DNA of 64,000 bases from the human T2T-CHM13v2.0 reference genome, Homo sapiens. The notes beneath the pieces were generated by a model. It had not been told where the DNA came from. It ran no database searches and saw only the letters and a list, made by a program, of their open reading frames with translations. The stretch lies in NCBI RefSeq assembly GCF_009914755.1, contig NC_060933.1. One strand, 5' to 3'. This document shows, piece after piece, positions 1 through 14,842 of the stretch. Within the stretch, counting starts at the first letter, position 1; the number at the start of each line of letters is the position of its first letter. The translations under genes and the position numbers were made by a program.

Positions 1-329
1 TAAATGTTTTCTCATTTAATCTTCATTATGACTGTATGAGAATGGGTGTCATCACTGATTTATATGATGAAACTAGGCTTGAACAAAGGAAACATCTTGC
101 TTATTGTTACAGAGCTGGTAATTGAACCTAGGTGTACCCAAATGCCACCAAGACTCTTCTCATTACACTAAATCATCAGAGATAAAGCCATGGGAGGTTA
201 GAGGGAGTAAGGAAGAAAAGACACATGATGAAAAAAGACAAAGCTGGAAGAAAATGAACAACACATAAGAGGCTCATATTGTCCCTTTTTATTTTTGCCA
301 TTATTCTTTAACCTACATAGAATCCTAGA

Positions 330-2185
<1,856 letters not shown>

Positions 2186-2489
2186 CCCATGTTTCCTTTG
2201 TTAGGTTTTCTGAGCCATGGGGCTCCCCTGTGCAGAGGATGGAGCTAGCAGACAGTCCTCACCCTGCCCAGACCCCCTAGAAGTAACCAGGGGACTTTTG
2301 GTAACTGAAAAAGACCATAAAAGTCATCCAAGAGGGAAGAAGGAACTGAACCAGTCCCATGGCCTGGTTTTGAAAATGTAATGAAGAGAAAATGAATAAA
2401 GTTATTTGCTAGTTGTGCTCCATGAGTTTTTTATTCAATGTAATAATTTTGTGTGTGTCTTCAGATAAATTACATTATATAATACCAAC

Positions 2490-2651
2490 CTTGTAAACAG
2501 CCTCATCCTCTGTTTTACAAACTTTCAAATACTTCTCAACAAAGAGGTTGATGTAGCATTGTCTTACTTCATCAGGTACTTTGGATAAGAATTCTGATGT
2601 TACTGAATGTCTTTTCCGATGAGCCATCTTGTTAAATGTATCTTTTGGCCT
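2490..2651 (-). pseudogene. REXO1-like exon (EloA-BP1-type region), open 54 codons
   Basis: ttttatttttaacaag|AGG...TACAAG|gttggt, 162 nt, phase 0-0. Encodes ...SEFLSKVPDEVRQCYINLFVEKYLKVCKTEDEAVYK versus recalled REXO1 [36 protein letters not shown]. Confidence 0.85.
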
Positions 2652-3767
2652 CTTGTTAAAAATAAAAGTGTTATTAGAGAAAAGAAGACATGTTTCTGTT
2701 TAATATTCCTACTGAGTATATGGAAGAAGTAAAACTACCTTAGGTCAGTTATATCAAAATTAAATTGAAAAGTAATTTCAAGTGTCAAGTTGAAGAGGTA
2801 GAATAAACACAAAGTATAAAATTACTTAAACTCACAAAATGGAGAAGTGAGACTGCCACATCTGTGCTGCTACCTGCACGTACGCAATGATAGCTGATCA
2901 CTCATCTAATTGTACTACTGTTCCACAACCAGATTCCTAAAGCTGGGATTTGCTCCTCTGATTCAAATATAGCAAAGTTTGTAGGTTGCCGTCCTTCAAC
3001 TATGTATCCCAATGTCTTTCTGATAGCACATCATTAAGAAAAATGCTTGGACTTAAAATTTCTGAGTGACTTGAGTATACTTAATATTAAAGTGATCCCA
3101 GCTATAAACTCTTAGCATTTCTTCTGAAGGACTTATAAAAAGACCCGGAGAACTTTAAAATCAGTTAATCTGCTTCACCTTTGAGGAAAAATAAAACCAA
3201 GCCAACATCATACTTCTCAGTAATTGTTTGCATGTAGTACAAAGACATTTTAGGGATGGAGAAAACCTTAAAACTGCCAGGTGGTTTTCTGCTACAAAAT
3301 AATTGGAAAACAGGGGAGGAAAATCACTGCCACAAGTAGAATAAGAATTACTTAAAGAAGGCTACAACATCATATCACTGATGGCATTATTTAGTAAACA
3401 GCTGTCTCTGTCTCATATACATAAACAAATATACACCCTCACTGGACACAGCTTGAAACTTTCCTTTTAAAAAATGTTGAGTAGGTTTCAATTAACCATA
3501 GCCATAGATGTTTTAAGTCTAAAACAATGCCTACTATTTCCAAGGATAGAATCAACAAAACATCTAAGAGTGACACAAATTACATCATAATGAAAATAAC
3601 TATATTCATCGGTAAGCTAAAAAATGTTGACATTTTTCTCTATTGGGTCTGGCATTTATCTGAATTTGAAAGCTTCAGAAAAAAATATAGCCACTCTTCC
3701 AGGGACTCTATATGTAAGCAGGATATGATGAAATATAATTCTGGTGTTCAGACTTAGTTTATAATAC

Positions 3768-3883
3768 CTAAACAGAAAGAGAAGCAATACTTTTGACAGG
3801 AATGAACGATTTGGTTGGTTTTGCAGTTGGGTTTTCTCTTGAAAGAACTACATTCAGATGAAGGTCCATTGTGAGTGAATATT
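3768..3883 (-). pseudogene. Probable REXO1-paralog exon
   Basis: cttcttag|AATATT...GTTTAG|gtatta, 116 nt. Read as phase 1-0 it is open until a terminal TAG. No recognisable motif. Confidence 0.45.
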
Positions 3884-4161
3884 CTAAGAAGTTTTCATGA
3901 ACAAGGAAAAGAAAAGATAAATTTTAATGACATTAACCTCAGATGATTAGAGTTTAATCATTAATTCAAAATTTCACAACACTTCCTTTATAGGTTTGAA
4001 ACATGCAACCTGGAAGAAAACAACATTCAAATGCAAAAAAATCCCAATAACCCACTCCAGTATAATTCAGAAGAATGAATTGAGATAATTGATAAAACAA
4101 TTGTAAAATACTTGCAAAATAGTACTACTATTGTGTATCATTTAGAGATAAACAAAGTATT

Positions 4162-4481
<320 letters not shown>

Positions 4482-4650
4482 GATGTAGACAAAATATTTA
4501 AATATCAATCATATTATTTCATGTAAAACTGTGCCATTGATTCAACTATACTTGGTAGCATGTGGATTTTTAAGAAATATTTTTTAAAATGAAGTAAAAT
4601 TCCATTTCTTAAATAAGTGACTTTTTTTTAAAAAAAGGTTTTTTCCAAAC

Positions 4651-4847
4651 CTTTCCTTTGGCTCTGAGAGTCTGGACATGTAGATGCATTTTTCTTCTGT
4701 TCTGAAGTGGCATCAATAAAAGCCTTCCCATTCTTTATGGCAGCCTTTATCTGTACTGCTTTGCTGGGCCCGAATGATTCCAGTGGGGCTTGTTAGCAGT
4801 GGGACTGGTACCCTGAATGGTCTAATGACCTCTTTATTGGTTGAGGC
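4651..4847 (-). pseudogene. REXO1-paralog exon with probable frameshift
   Basis: gccctatag|GCCTCA...GGAAAG|gtttgg. Encodes ASTNKEVIRPFRVPVPLLTSPTGIIRAQQ (recalled REXO1: CYLRAQQ); the rest reads AVQIKAAIKNGKAF...QRK in a shifted frame. Confidence 0.65.
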
Positions 4848-5866
4848 CTATAGGGCAGCAACATAAAACAAATGAAAATGATGAAAAATTGATAAAATTG
4901 ATAATTTTGCCTTTCTTCTATCATAGAAGCTCGTTGGGGGCCTTACAGCCAGCCACACAGTAAATTGACCACATTTGTAACGCTGATTGTGATCCAATGC
5001 ATGCATAGTTGGAGTATCCCCAGAAATAAGGAAATAATAAAACTGAACAACTACTGAAACATAATTTAAGAAAGTTTTAACTAAAAAATTAAATTTCATA
5101 CAAAAGTGATACTTTGTATGTAGACAGAAAAAATAGAATAGCTAATAAGACATATCTACTAAAGTTATTGGACTTCAGAATTAAAGGAAGAATCCTTTGG
5201 ATAGGCAGACAAAAGTATCACACGACTCAAAGGGTGAAATAGCAGGCAAGCAGACTTCTCCACAGCAACATTTGTTATAAGAGAATGGAACATGGGAAAG
5301 AATGTTTAGCTTCACTAATAATTAAAGAAATGTAATATAAGATAAGGCAATAAAATTTTAACCAGATTTGCAGGCTTTAAAAAATTATAATGTGCATCGT
5401 AGGTAAGGGTTTGTGGGAAGAGAACTCTGAAACATTGAGAAGGACTATAAATTGTGAAAACCCTTCTGGAAGGCAATACAGTGACAATAAGATTTTTAAA
5501 GAATGCTTTAAAAATCTTAAAATTCTTTATCTTTAGTCCAATTATTTCAACTTGTGAGAATTTTAAGGACAGTTATTTACAAAGCCAAAAACTATTTATA
5601 TACAAGAATTGGGGAGGGGGTAACAGGGAGTAGGTGGGACTACAGGCACGCGCCATCACACCTGGCTTTTTTTTTTTTTTTTTTTTACATAGCACAATAA
5701 AATTAAAACTATAAACACCACAACATTTGCAGTTAAAGGGAAATAATGTTAGCCACCAAAAAAACTTTGTAAGAAATAAGAGGAAGGTAACTAGCATTTA
5801 TTAAGTACTTATATATTTGACCCTGGGGTAGGCACTCAATTTTCCTTTCATAGATAAGGAAACTGA

Positions 5867-6316
<450 letters not shown>

Positions 6317-6451
6317 TAAATATCACTTTTTTAAACACAAAAATGTTAAAGGAATACTACTCACTGAACTGCTTCTTCAATTTCTTTTTTATGTCATAAA
6401 AGAACTTCAGCACTTATAAATTACAAAAGTTTATAATTATTTTGAAAACTA

Positions 6452-7067
6452 AAGTCGATTCTTGTTATTTCAGGTAGTTATACTCTGTAAGTCACCACAA
6501 ACTCAGATTTAGTGAACACTGAATCCACTGCTCCTAAAACAAACAAACATGGGGTTAGGTTCAGGTAAGTCTCTGGTCACATTTTTTTTTTTGGTCAATC
6601 AAAGTATCACCTTGCTTTACATATGTGTCATGTTTACAGACATCTCATTTAATACCCTCGTGGCCAACAGCACTAAAACTCATGCCTGAACAAAGTTTAT
6701 CTAGCACATATTTTCTCTGTAAGGCACATCACATTCTTTTTATGCTTAGGAGCACTAGACAGCACTACAATGAGCGGCAATTTTCAGCACAAAATCACCA
6801 ACAAAAAGCACACAGATACAAAAAAACCTGGCACTAAACGGACTGCAAAAGGACATTTTACATTATGTGAGCTTAAACAAGAAGGCTATCACCTTCTTCA
6901 GCCTTAACTGGGAATGTGCATGTCAGGCAATTCAAATTTTTTGCCACTCTGCGTTGTCTGTGAATGATCTCATAAGCACAGCAAGTCTTGATTTTAAGGT
7001 TACACGTCAATTTTACTGAGTAGGTGAATTCGCAAATTTGGAATCTGTGAATAATGAGGATCGACTT
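6452..7067. mobile_element. MER82-like Tigger DNA transposon
   Basis: Terminal inverted repeats aagtcgattct.../...aggatcgactt; internal sequence homologous to the second copy at ~20417-21065. Confidence 0.75.
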
Positions 7068-7204
7068 TTAAAATTTATGGTTAAGAGGCTACCCAATGAT
7101 AATATACCTGCTTTCAATGAAAATGTTAGATCTGTGGGTGGGGTGGGGAAACGGACAGGAAAATGCTAACAAGCAGGAATCAATGTACCGACTGCCAGTA
7201 AATT

Positions 7205-7218
7205 GTGCCCCCTAGTGG
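7205..7218 (-). promoter_or_regulatory. CTCF core motif
   Basis: CCACTAGGGGGCAC on the minus strand fits the CCASYAGRKGGCRS consensus. Confidence 0.7.
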
Positions 7219-7321
7219 ACAAAAGGATAAATAGTCCTAGAATAATAAAACTGGAAATAACAAGGTATGCACTTTATATAAAGCTTTGAGCAGCGGGGAG
7301 ATGAGGAACTAAATAATTCAC

Positions 7322-7402
7322 ATCAAATTTGCCAGAGTGTGCAATTCTCTTTTTTGGTCCAGATGTGTTTTTGTAATATAACATATCATCCTTTTCTGAA
7401 GC
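7322..7402 (-). pseudogene. REXO1-paralog exon, open 27 codons
   Basis: ttttttccactag|GCTTCA...TTTGAT|gtgaat, 81 nt, phase 0-0. Encodes ASEKDDMLYYKNTSGPKKRIAHSGKFD (recalled REXO1: PGQKRRISH). Confidence 0.8.
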
Positions 7403-7576
7403 CTAGTGGAAAAAAGAATTATCCAATTTCAGCACAGTAAAGGCAAATTTAGCATGTTTCTCAAAAAGCCATAGGAATCTAAGCAACAAAGTGTGGACAA
7501 ATTTTTTAATAAAAATTCACAAAAAACTGAATTTGAATAGTTTTACCTGTGTAGATTCCTATAAAAGAATCCTCTA

Positions 7577-7895
<319 letters not shown>

Positions 7896-8133
7896 CTATA
7901 AGTTACTGTATATAGTACTATGGCCTCTGGAAACTGTCAACTCTGCCAGACACTATGGCTGGCCACTTATCAAGGCTTTTGCCTTGTCACTCCAATATGT
8001 TATTGATCAAAACTATTAGAATATGTGTATTATGTAGGTGTATATTGTATAGAATTTAGAACAAATATAAAATATGTATTTAAGCAAAACTCCATTAGAT
8101 TTAAGAAAACAATAAAAGAAAAAAAATGCTAAC

Positions 8134-9311
8134 CTGTTTAGCAGTCTTTTCCTTATGAGATTCACTTTCAACGAGCTCATTAGAAACTTAAAGACATTCT
8201 TTCATAGTGTCATCAGAATGAGAGGAGGTGTCATCTTCAGTACAACCATTATCAGATTTGATTGGATCAGAACCAAATTTGGCTAATTTGCTTCTTCAAA
8301 AGTAATGAGGTCTTGATTATTACCTTGCATTCTTGGCACATTGTCTTTTGCAAGGTCATCTGAATAAGAAATGTGGAACTGGCTTGGTGAATACCAACAT
8401 TTAATTTCTTCTTTTTGTGTATCATAATTTTGTTTTTACCTGTTTTTTGTTCTTTAGGTAACTTTCTTATTACAACTTTCTTTCATTATTTCATTGCCAT
8501 TGAGAGGTGCAGAAGATGAACCTCCTTCTAAAATACAGTCATGGCTTTTTTCATCCCCAAATTTTTCCTTCTTAGGTACTGTTTTAAAATGATATAAATT
8601 TACATTAGTTTTAATACCTGGGGATGTTTTCATGAGCAATGTAGGTAGTTGTAATTTGTTACTGTCATCATCTATTTGTGTGGTTAGTTGGGTTTTATCT
8701 GTTTTTTTCTTCTTCTGTGCCACTAATTTTAAGATTTTTCTCCTCCGGGGGCGTGATATGTGTCCATTTATCCTTATAATGATGTTTGAAGCCTCTACAT
8801 AGTTTAGATTTCTTAGAAGTAGGCATGACTGGAGGTACATCTATTATAAGATCATCTTCAGATTCTTAAAGATCTGTTTTACTTCTTATTGGTGAAACAG
8901 AAGGCCTTTGGCTCTCCAGGGATGTGTGGCGACCTTCACTCACAGGTGTTTTCAAGTGGCAGAAGTGCTGTTGATCAGCCTCATCCTGCTTTGCTTTAGA
9001 TGCCCCAAGTACCTCCGCAGAATAATTGAGGAAAGGATCATATTCAAGATCAGTCTCTGGACATCTGAGGTCCATCACATACTTTCCAGTCTGTCTTTGT
9101 TCTTTGATGGTGCAATTCACTTTTCCTCTGGGAGCAGGCTATTTTCAGGAAAATCTTGCCTCACATTTGTGTCATTCAAGGAGGCCACAGGGCTTTGAGT
9201 CAGTTCTTCAAGTGCTAAAGTTCATTTGGAGATCCTCTTCTGCTCTTCTTCAACCTCAGCCTTGACTAACTCATTTTTTCTGTTCTAATTTTTCCATAGT
9301 TATGTCTAGGA
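8134..9311 (-). pseudogene. Large disrupted exon 2 of the REXO1 paralog
   Basis: ttttctactgacag|TC... and ...AAACAG|gttagc, 1178 nt. ORF-track pieces 8866-9120 and 8454-8840 fall inside it. Motifs are ELVKAEVEEEQKRISK, TDLEYDPFLNYSA and SDDTMKECL*VSNE. Stops include TGA 9273-9271 and TAA 8190-8188. Confidence 0.85.
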
Positions 9312-11331
9312 CTGTCAGTAGAAAATAAGTTTTGTTTTATCATTACAATCATGATGAAATGCAGATTCTAGAATACCCTGGAGAAGTAGCTTCCTATCAG
9401 AAGGACATTAACCCTTCCAAACCCAGTTTTAAATACAGGAGGTAGTTTGCTAAGTGATCAGTTCTAGATGGAGAGTGAGAAGCCAATGGCTATCACTGTT
9501 TAAGTTTTCCAAATGTCTAGCTCATTCCCATGACTGATTAAAATACATTTACACCTTATTACTAAGGTGACTATACATCAGTAGGACAGGCCTTGTTTGT
9601 GCTTAATTGTTTGTGTCAAACATGACATACTTTGGATAGAAAATATTCACCTTATTACCAAGCAATGACAATTTGGAAACTTAAAATAACTGAATACCAC
9701 TTACACAGAACTGTATATAGTCTTCTCCACTGGCACATCTCCTCTGTCCACAAGAAAAATGTATTTAAAGCATTAGTCTTTCCTTCCTTTAGTGAGTCTC
9801 AACATTCTAAGGTCCCTGATATCTATAGAATGCTTCAAGCACAAAATAACCCCCAGCCCTTAACAACCATGACAATCTAAGAATTGACAGACAAAACTCT
9901 AGCTAGATCTACACTACTGAGGAAACCCAGGAGAGTGACAAGACATAGGCTTGAAGTAACAGCTGTCCACAACACCCTGGCAGCTCCTTCCCTAATTTTT
10001 ACCAGGATAAATACGACCTCTTCTCTCTTTCCAAGATACACTTTCCTGTATCAATTACAGGATAACTTATACCTTCTCCCAAACAAGAGATTTCAGATCT
10101 GAGACGTGGTCCCAATTATATTGTTTTTTATAACTCTGAATTTATTTTAGATAACCTACATGTGTTGTTAACACACACATGCTTCCTTTTCACATAATAA
10201 GCTTTTTCCTGGCTCAACAGTCTTTCAACTTACCATTCATTTCCTATTAAGAAATTAACATGATTGAAATCCAAAACAATGTAGTGGAAATGTGACATTT
10301 TGATAGATGGGGAAGGAGAGGCGCACGCACAAGAATGAGAATTATCTTAGGATCCAAAGATAAAGGCCTGGATCTAATTTCTCTTTAAATTTAAGGGCAG
10401 TAAACTCCAGATAAGCAGGTGGAAGTGCCTTTTGCTTAAGCTGGGTTTTATTTGGTTGCAATGATTTAGTAAGGGCTGTTACATAGTGCTTTGGGGGCAC
10501 TACTGAAAAGACATGATTATACTTTCCTTCCATGTCACGAACAGTGTTAAGTTTTTCTGTTTCTGTTTTTTAACTTCACCAGAAGCTAGATTTGGAGCGT
10601 TAATTTTGAAGTTTGAAGGCATGCTTAGAATCTTTTCTCAGGCTAGAGCTGATTGGCAACAGCTCCTTTGATTGGTAATTATTCCTTGCCTTCACCAGAA
10701 TTAACAGAGGCCTAACAGCCAGTTTTCTTCCTGTCTTTTCCACCTTTCACAAGAGCACAGGAAGCTCCTTATAGTAATTCCACCTTGGGGATGAGTGACG
10801 GAGAGAGGATACCTTGCACCTGTTTCTTAACAAGCAGCAAATCTTATGCACGGCATCCTAGGTACCTTCCTAGGATCCTGCGTTCCCAAGAAATGCCATT
10901 TACTGGTCCTCGCAAAGAGCTCACGCGCCCACGCAAGCCCCTCGCCCACGACTTCCTGACCTGGTGACTTTGGCCCTGCCCCCATCTGAGCAGCGCGCTG
11001 GTCCACCCACCTGGGGCACCGTGGAGCCCCGCAGGCCCAGCAGTTCTTTCGGTTACTGGGGAGCTGGTGCCCGCTCCTCCTGAGGGATGGAAGAGATGCT
11101 CTTGACGCCTGCCCAAGCCAACCACCTTTCCAAACATCTCTGGGACAGCTTCCCTCTACAACCCAGTGTTTCAGGAACTGAGGGACCACCCAAAAGGCCT
11201 GCAAAAAACACCGTCAATCAGGACCCCTGTAGCACCCTCACTGTTCGGCATGTTTAGGACGCTCTTGTGGCAGGAGGGAGGAAGAAAGAGGGAATAGGGG
11301 CTAGAACTTAAGGCTGCTGCTCCTGGGTGTG

Positions 11332-12149
11332 TGATGCTGGGAAGACTTACTCCTGGTCACTTTAGATGGACTTGGCTGCTAGTTCTAAGGCGAGTGCTGG
11401 TGCTTCTTTCCCGTCACAGCCAGTCCGTAGGAACTGATCCTAGGTTCCTTTGGCAGTAGGGAGGTAGATCAGGAGGACTTGCTTTTCCAGCACCAGTAAG
11501 GCTCCTGCTGATCAAAAACAGGATGTAGCAGAGAAAGCTGCCAGAAACCAGAAGACGGCAAGGAAAGCAACCTCTGCTCTCAATGATCATTATTAAAGAC
11601 ACTCCCACCAGAGCCGTGGCAGTTTACAAATGCCATGGCAATGCTTGGAAGTTCCCTTTTATGGTTCCAGGAACTCCCTGCCCCTTTTCTAGAAAATTTA
11701 AAATAACCCGCCCCTTGATTAGCATGCAATTAAGAGTGAGTATAAATATAGCAGCAACCCATGCTGTAGCTCCTGCTCTGGGCTCTCCATTTGCATAAAA
11801 TAATGACACTCCCACCCGTGCCAAGACAGTTTACAAACGCCATGGCAATGGCAGAAAGTTACTTTATCTGGTTCCACAAACTCCCTGCCCCTTTTCCAGA
11901 AAGTTTGTGAACAAACTACCCCTTACTTAGCCTGTAATTGTAAGTAGGTATAAATATAGCTAAGCCGGCAGTCCACAAGTGCTGCTCTGCCTGAGGGAGC
12001 CCTGCTCTATGGAGCCACCACTTTCGCTGTACAATGTTACTCTTTAAAAACTTGCTTGCTTTCACTGTTGGCTGGCTCTTGAATTCTTTCCTGAGCAAAG
12101 CCAAGAACCCTCCCGAGCTGAGCCCCGGTTTTGGGGTTCACCTGCATCA
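11332..12149 (+). mobile_element. MER41-family solo ERV1 LTR with internal ~200-bp duplication
   Basis: TGATGC...GCATCA termini. The MER41 hallmark gacactcccacc...cagtttacaaa(t/c)gccatggcaa occurs twice, each followed by a TATAAATA box. 3' end reads gaattctttcctgagcaaagccaagaaccctc. Confidence 0.8.
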
Positions 12150-12735
12150 CTGTGAGTAGTTAAGGTAGAGGAAAACAAAGCAGCAAAATACACCTACGGG
12201 GATGGGGGAACAGAATTGAAAGTCCCCTTTGAGGTTTTGGGGAAGAGGATGATTAGGGAGCATCAGCAACAGGAAATAAGAGGGAGTTTCAGAATGGGGG
12301 AGAGACTGATAGGCTAAAAAGGAACCGGTTTTATGATGCCTTCCAGGGCAAGCAGGTCAGAGGTCCAGAAAACCTGTTCAGAAAATGAAGGTTTAGTTAT
12401 GGATGGCATAGAGGGTCAGCAGTGAGAAACAAGAAGACCTCTCCCAACCAGCACTGGCTGTGAGACCCTCTTCTCACTTTTAGAGCAGGAGAGGGAGGAA
12501 AAGAGACCACACATACCAGTACCTCCTGACATTCTTCCTGTGCCCACTCCCCTTCCATCCCCCTCAAAATACCTTCACTGCACTTTACAAGGCAAACTAT
12601 GCCAACGGTCTAAGGATGAGTAGCCCATTTAAAAATATATAGCTAACATATCTCTTTTGGCCATTTTAGATATTGTAGCCAGAGTAATGCTGTACTCAAC
12701 TTTGTACAATGCTTTACTTTAGTACCAAAGACAAG

Positions 12736-12762
12736 TACTACTACTACTAGTACTACTACTAC
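12736..12762. repeat. (TAC)n microsatellite
   Basis: tactactactactagtactactactact. Confidence 0.8.
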
Positions 12763-12912
12763 TTTTTACATGATTGAAAAGTGGCTCTTCCACCCCTTTC
12801 CAATCAGGAAAATTCTTGGTACCTCCTAAGGAGGGGTGGAGAGAAAACGTGGGAATAGTTGGTTATCAACCTCGCTCCAAGCCCACCTGATATTCTCATG
12901 TCCCTTTCTCAC

Positions 12913-13090
12913 CTGTGGACTCAACACAACTCCTTTGCACCTGGAGCATCTCCAAGCAACTGCAATCACCTCCCTCACTTTTCCACCAGATCTGCAGGTG
13001 CCTGAACTGGCAGTACAAATGCTGGCACCGATCCCTGGAGCTGTCAAAAGGGCACAGAGAAATGGCAAAATAACCGGCAGAGAGTAGCAT
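12913..13090 (-). pseudogene. Coding part of exon 1 of the REXO1 paralog, intact CCCH zinc finger
   Basis: ATG 13090. MLLSAGYFAISLCPFDSSRDRCQHLYCQFRH (C-x8-C-x4-C-x3-H) versus recalled REXO1 MLRSTGFFRAIDCPYW...CRRPYCHFRH. Donor ACAG|gtgaga is phase 1 and compatible with the acceptor at 9311. Confidence 0.85.
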
Positions 13091-13200
13091 GGGCTGCTGC
13101 TCCAGGCCACCTCCACTGGCTCAGAAACTGTGAGCACTGTTGCCAGAGAGCAGGCAAAGGTGAGCGCCTGACCTACTGCCTTTTCCCTCAAAGGTGCCGT

Positions 13201-13276
13201 CTTTTATAGCCCATCACTATTCAAAGGCGGAGCTTCGTAGCTTTCCCAACCAATGGTGAGTGAGACTGGGCGGGAG
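13201..13276 (-). promoter_or_regulatory. Core promoter of the REXO1-paralog/lncRNA locus (TATA, CCAAT, GC box)
   Basis: TATAAAAG at 13208-13201, CCAAT at 13250-13254 and GGGCGGGAG at 13268-13276, in canonical order ~110-190 bp upstream of the ATG. Confidence 0.7.
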
Positions 13277-13829
13277 TCTGCGGCGAAATTTGGGAGTGAA
13301 GGACTCTAACAATGGATAGTAGGGGAAGTGGCAGGTGAGAGTAAAATGTGTGTTTATTCTCGTGAGGAAGAAGAATTATAGATACCCAAGCTAAAGGAAA
13401 GGAAAACAGTTTCCCAAGAGCTGAAAGAACACCTGAGTTAAGGAACCTTATGTGTCTTGGGTGCTGGGCCTGTGTTGATCCTAAAGACTTTTGCTGCAAG
13501 TCTGACTATTCACCTTCATGGATCATGGAGAGAACCTCAGATTGGAAGCACATCACAGCAGGTGCTCTTAGGCAATTTATCTGATTTACCTGAACTTCTG
13601 TTTTCTGATCTGTAAAATAAACTCACCTTTCATAAGATAGTAGAATTTAATGTGATACAATGTTCTAAAGTGCCTATTATAAAGTAGGTACTCAGTAAAT
13701 GAAAGCTATTGGTATGGTAAGAATTGAAGAGGGCAATGAAACATGCCCTAAGTTCTTCTCCCATATCCATACATATCCAGAAAAGACATGATGCATGTCG
13801 CTAAATCCCTCCACTTGAAACTAATTTCT

Positions 13830-14126
13830 TCTTTTTTTTTCTTTCTGAGATGGAGTTTTGCTCTCTCGCCCAGGCTGTAGTACAGTGGTGTGATCTCAGC
13901 TCTCTGCAACCTCTGCCTCCCGAGTTCAAGCAATTCTCCTGCCTCAGCCTGAGTAGCTAGGATTACAGGCGTGTGCCACTACACGTGGCTAATTTTTTTT
14001 ATTTTTTTAGTAGAGACAGGGTTTCACCATGTTGGCCAGGCTGGTCTCAAACTCCTGACCTCGTGATCTGCTCACCTGGGCCTCCCAAAGTGCTGGGATT
14101 ACAGGCATGAGCCACCGCGCCCAGCC
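13830..14126 (-). mobile_element. Alu (S-type)
   Basis: Antisense dimer; TSD gaaactaatttct. Confidence 0.9.
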
Positions 14127-14444
14127 GAAACTAATTTCTAAAAAGGAAACTTTATCCCTATTTTCTGTCTTTGTAAATTGAAATACTTTTGGTATGGATA
14201 GCCACAAAAGTCACTAATAAACTTGAATAAGTCTTTGAAAAGCATTGCTTTTCTTTCAGTGAAACATAATAATCCTGGATGCCTGGGGGAAGAGAGAAAG
14301 AAGGGCACTTCAGCTCTAAAAGACTCAAGGTCCATGAGTCCCCAGCTAGGAAATTACCTTCTGGAATTCCCCTCTTCCTCTCTCTTCTTCTGGAACACTG
14401 TGTTGTCTCAAACGATTATGGATACTTTAGAAATGGAAAAATAT

Positions 14445-14842
<398 letters not shown>

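Noticed and set aside
3585-3660. Possible additional pseudogene exon (ttcag|ATAAATG...GAT|gtaatt)
   Set aside because: No recognisable REXO1 similarity and it contains stops; cannot be supported without an alignment.
10827-11204. Overlapping 97-125 aa ORFs in the GC-rich patch
   Set aside because: Explained by the scarcity of stop codons in GC-rich DNA; no homology recognised.
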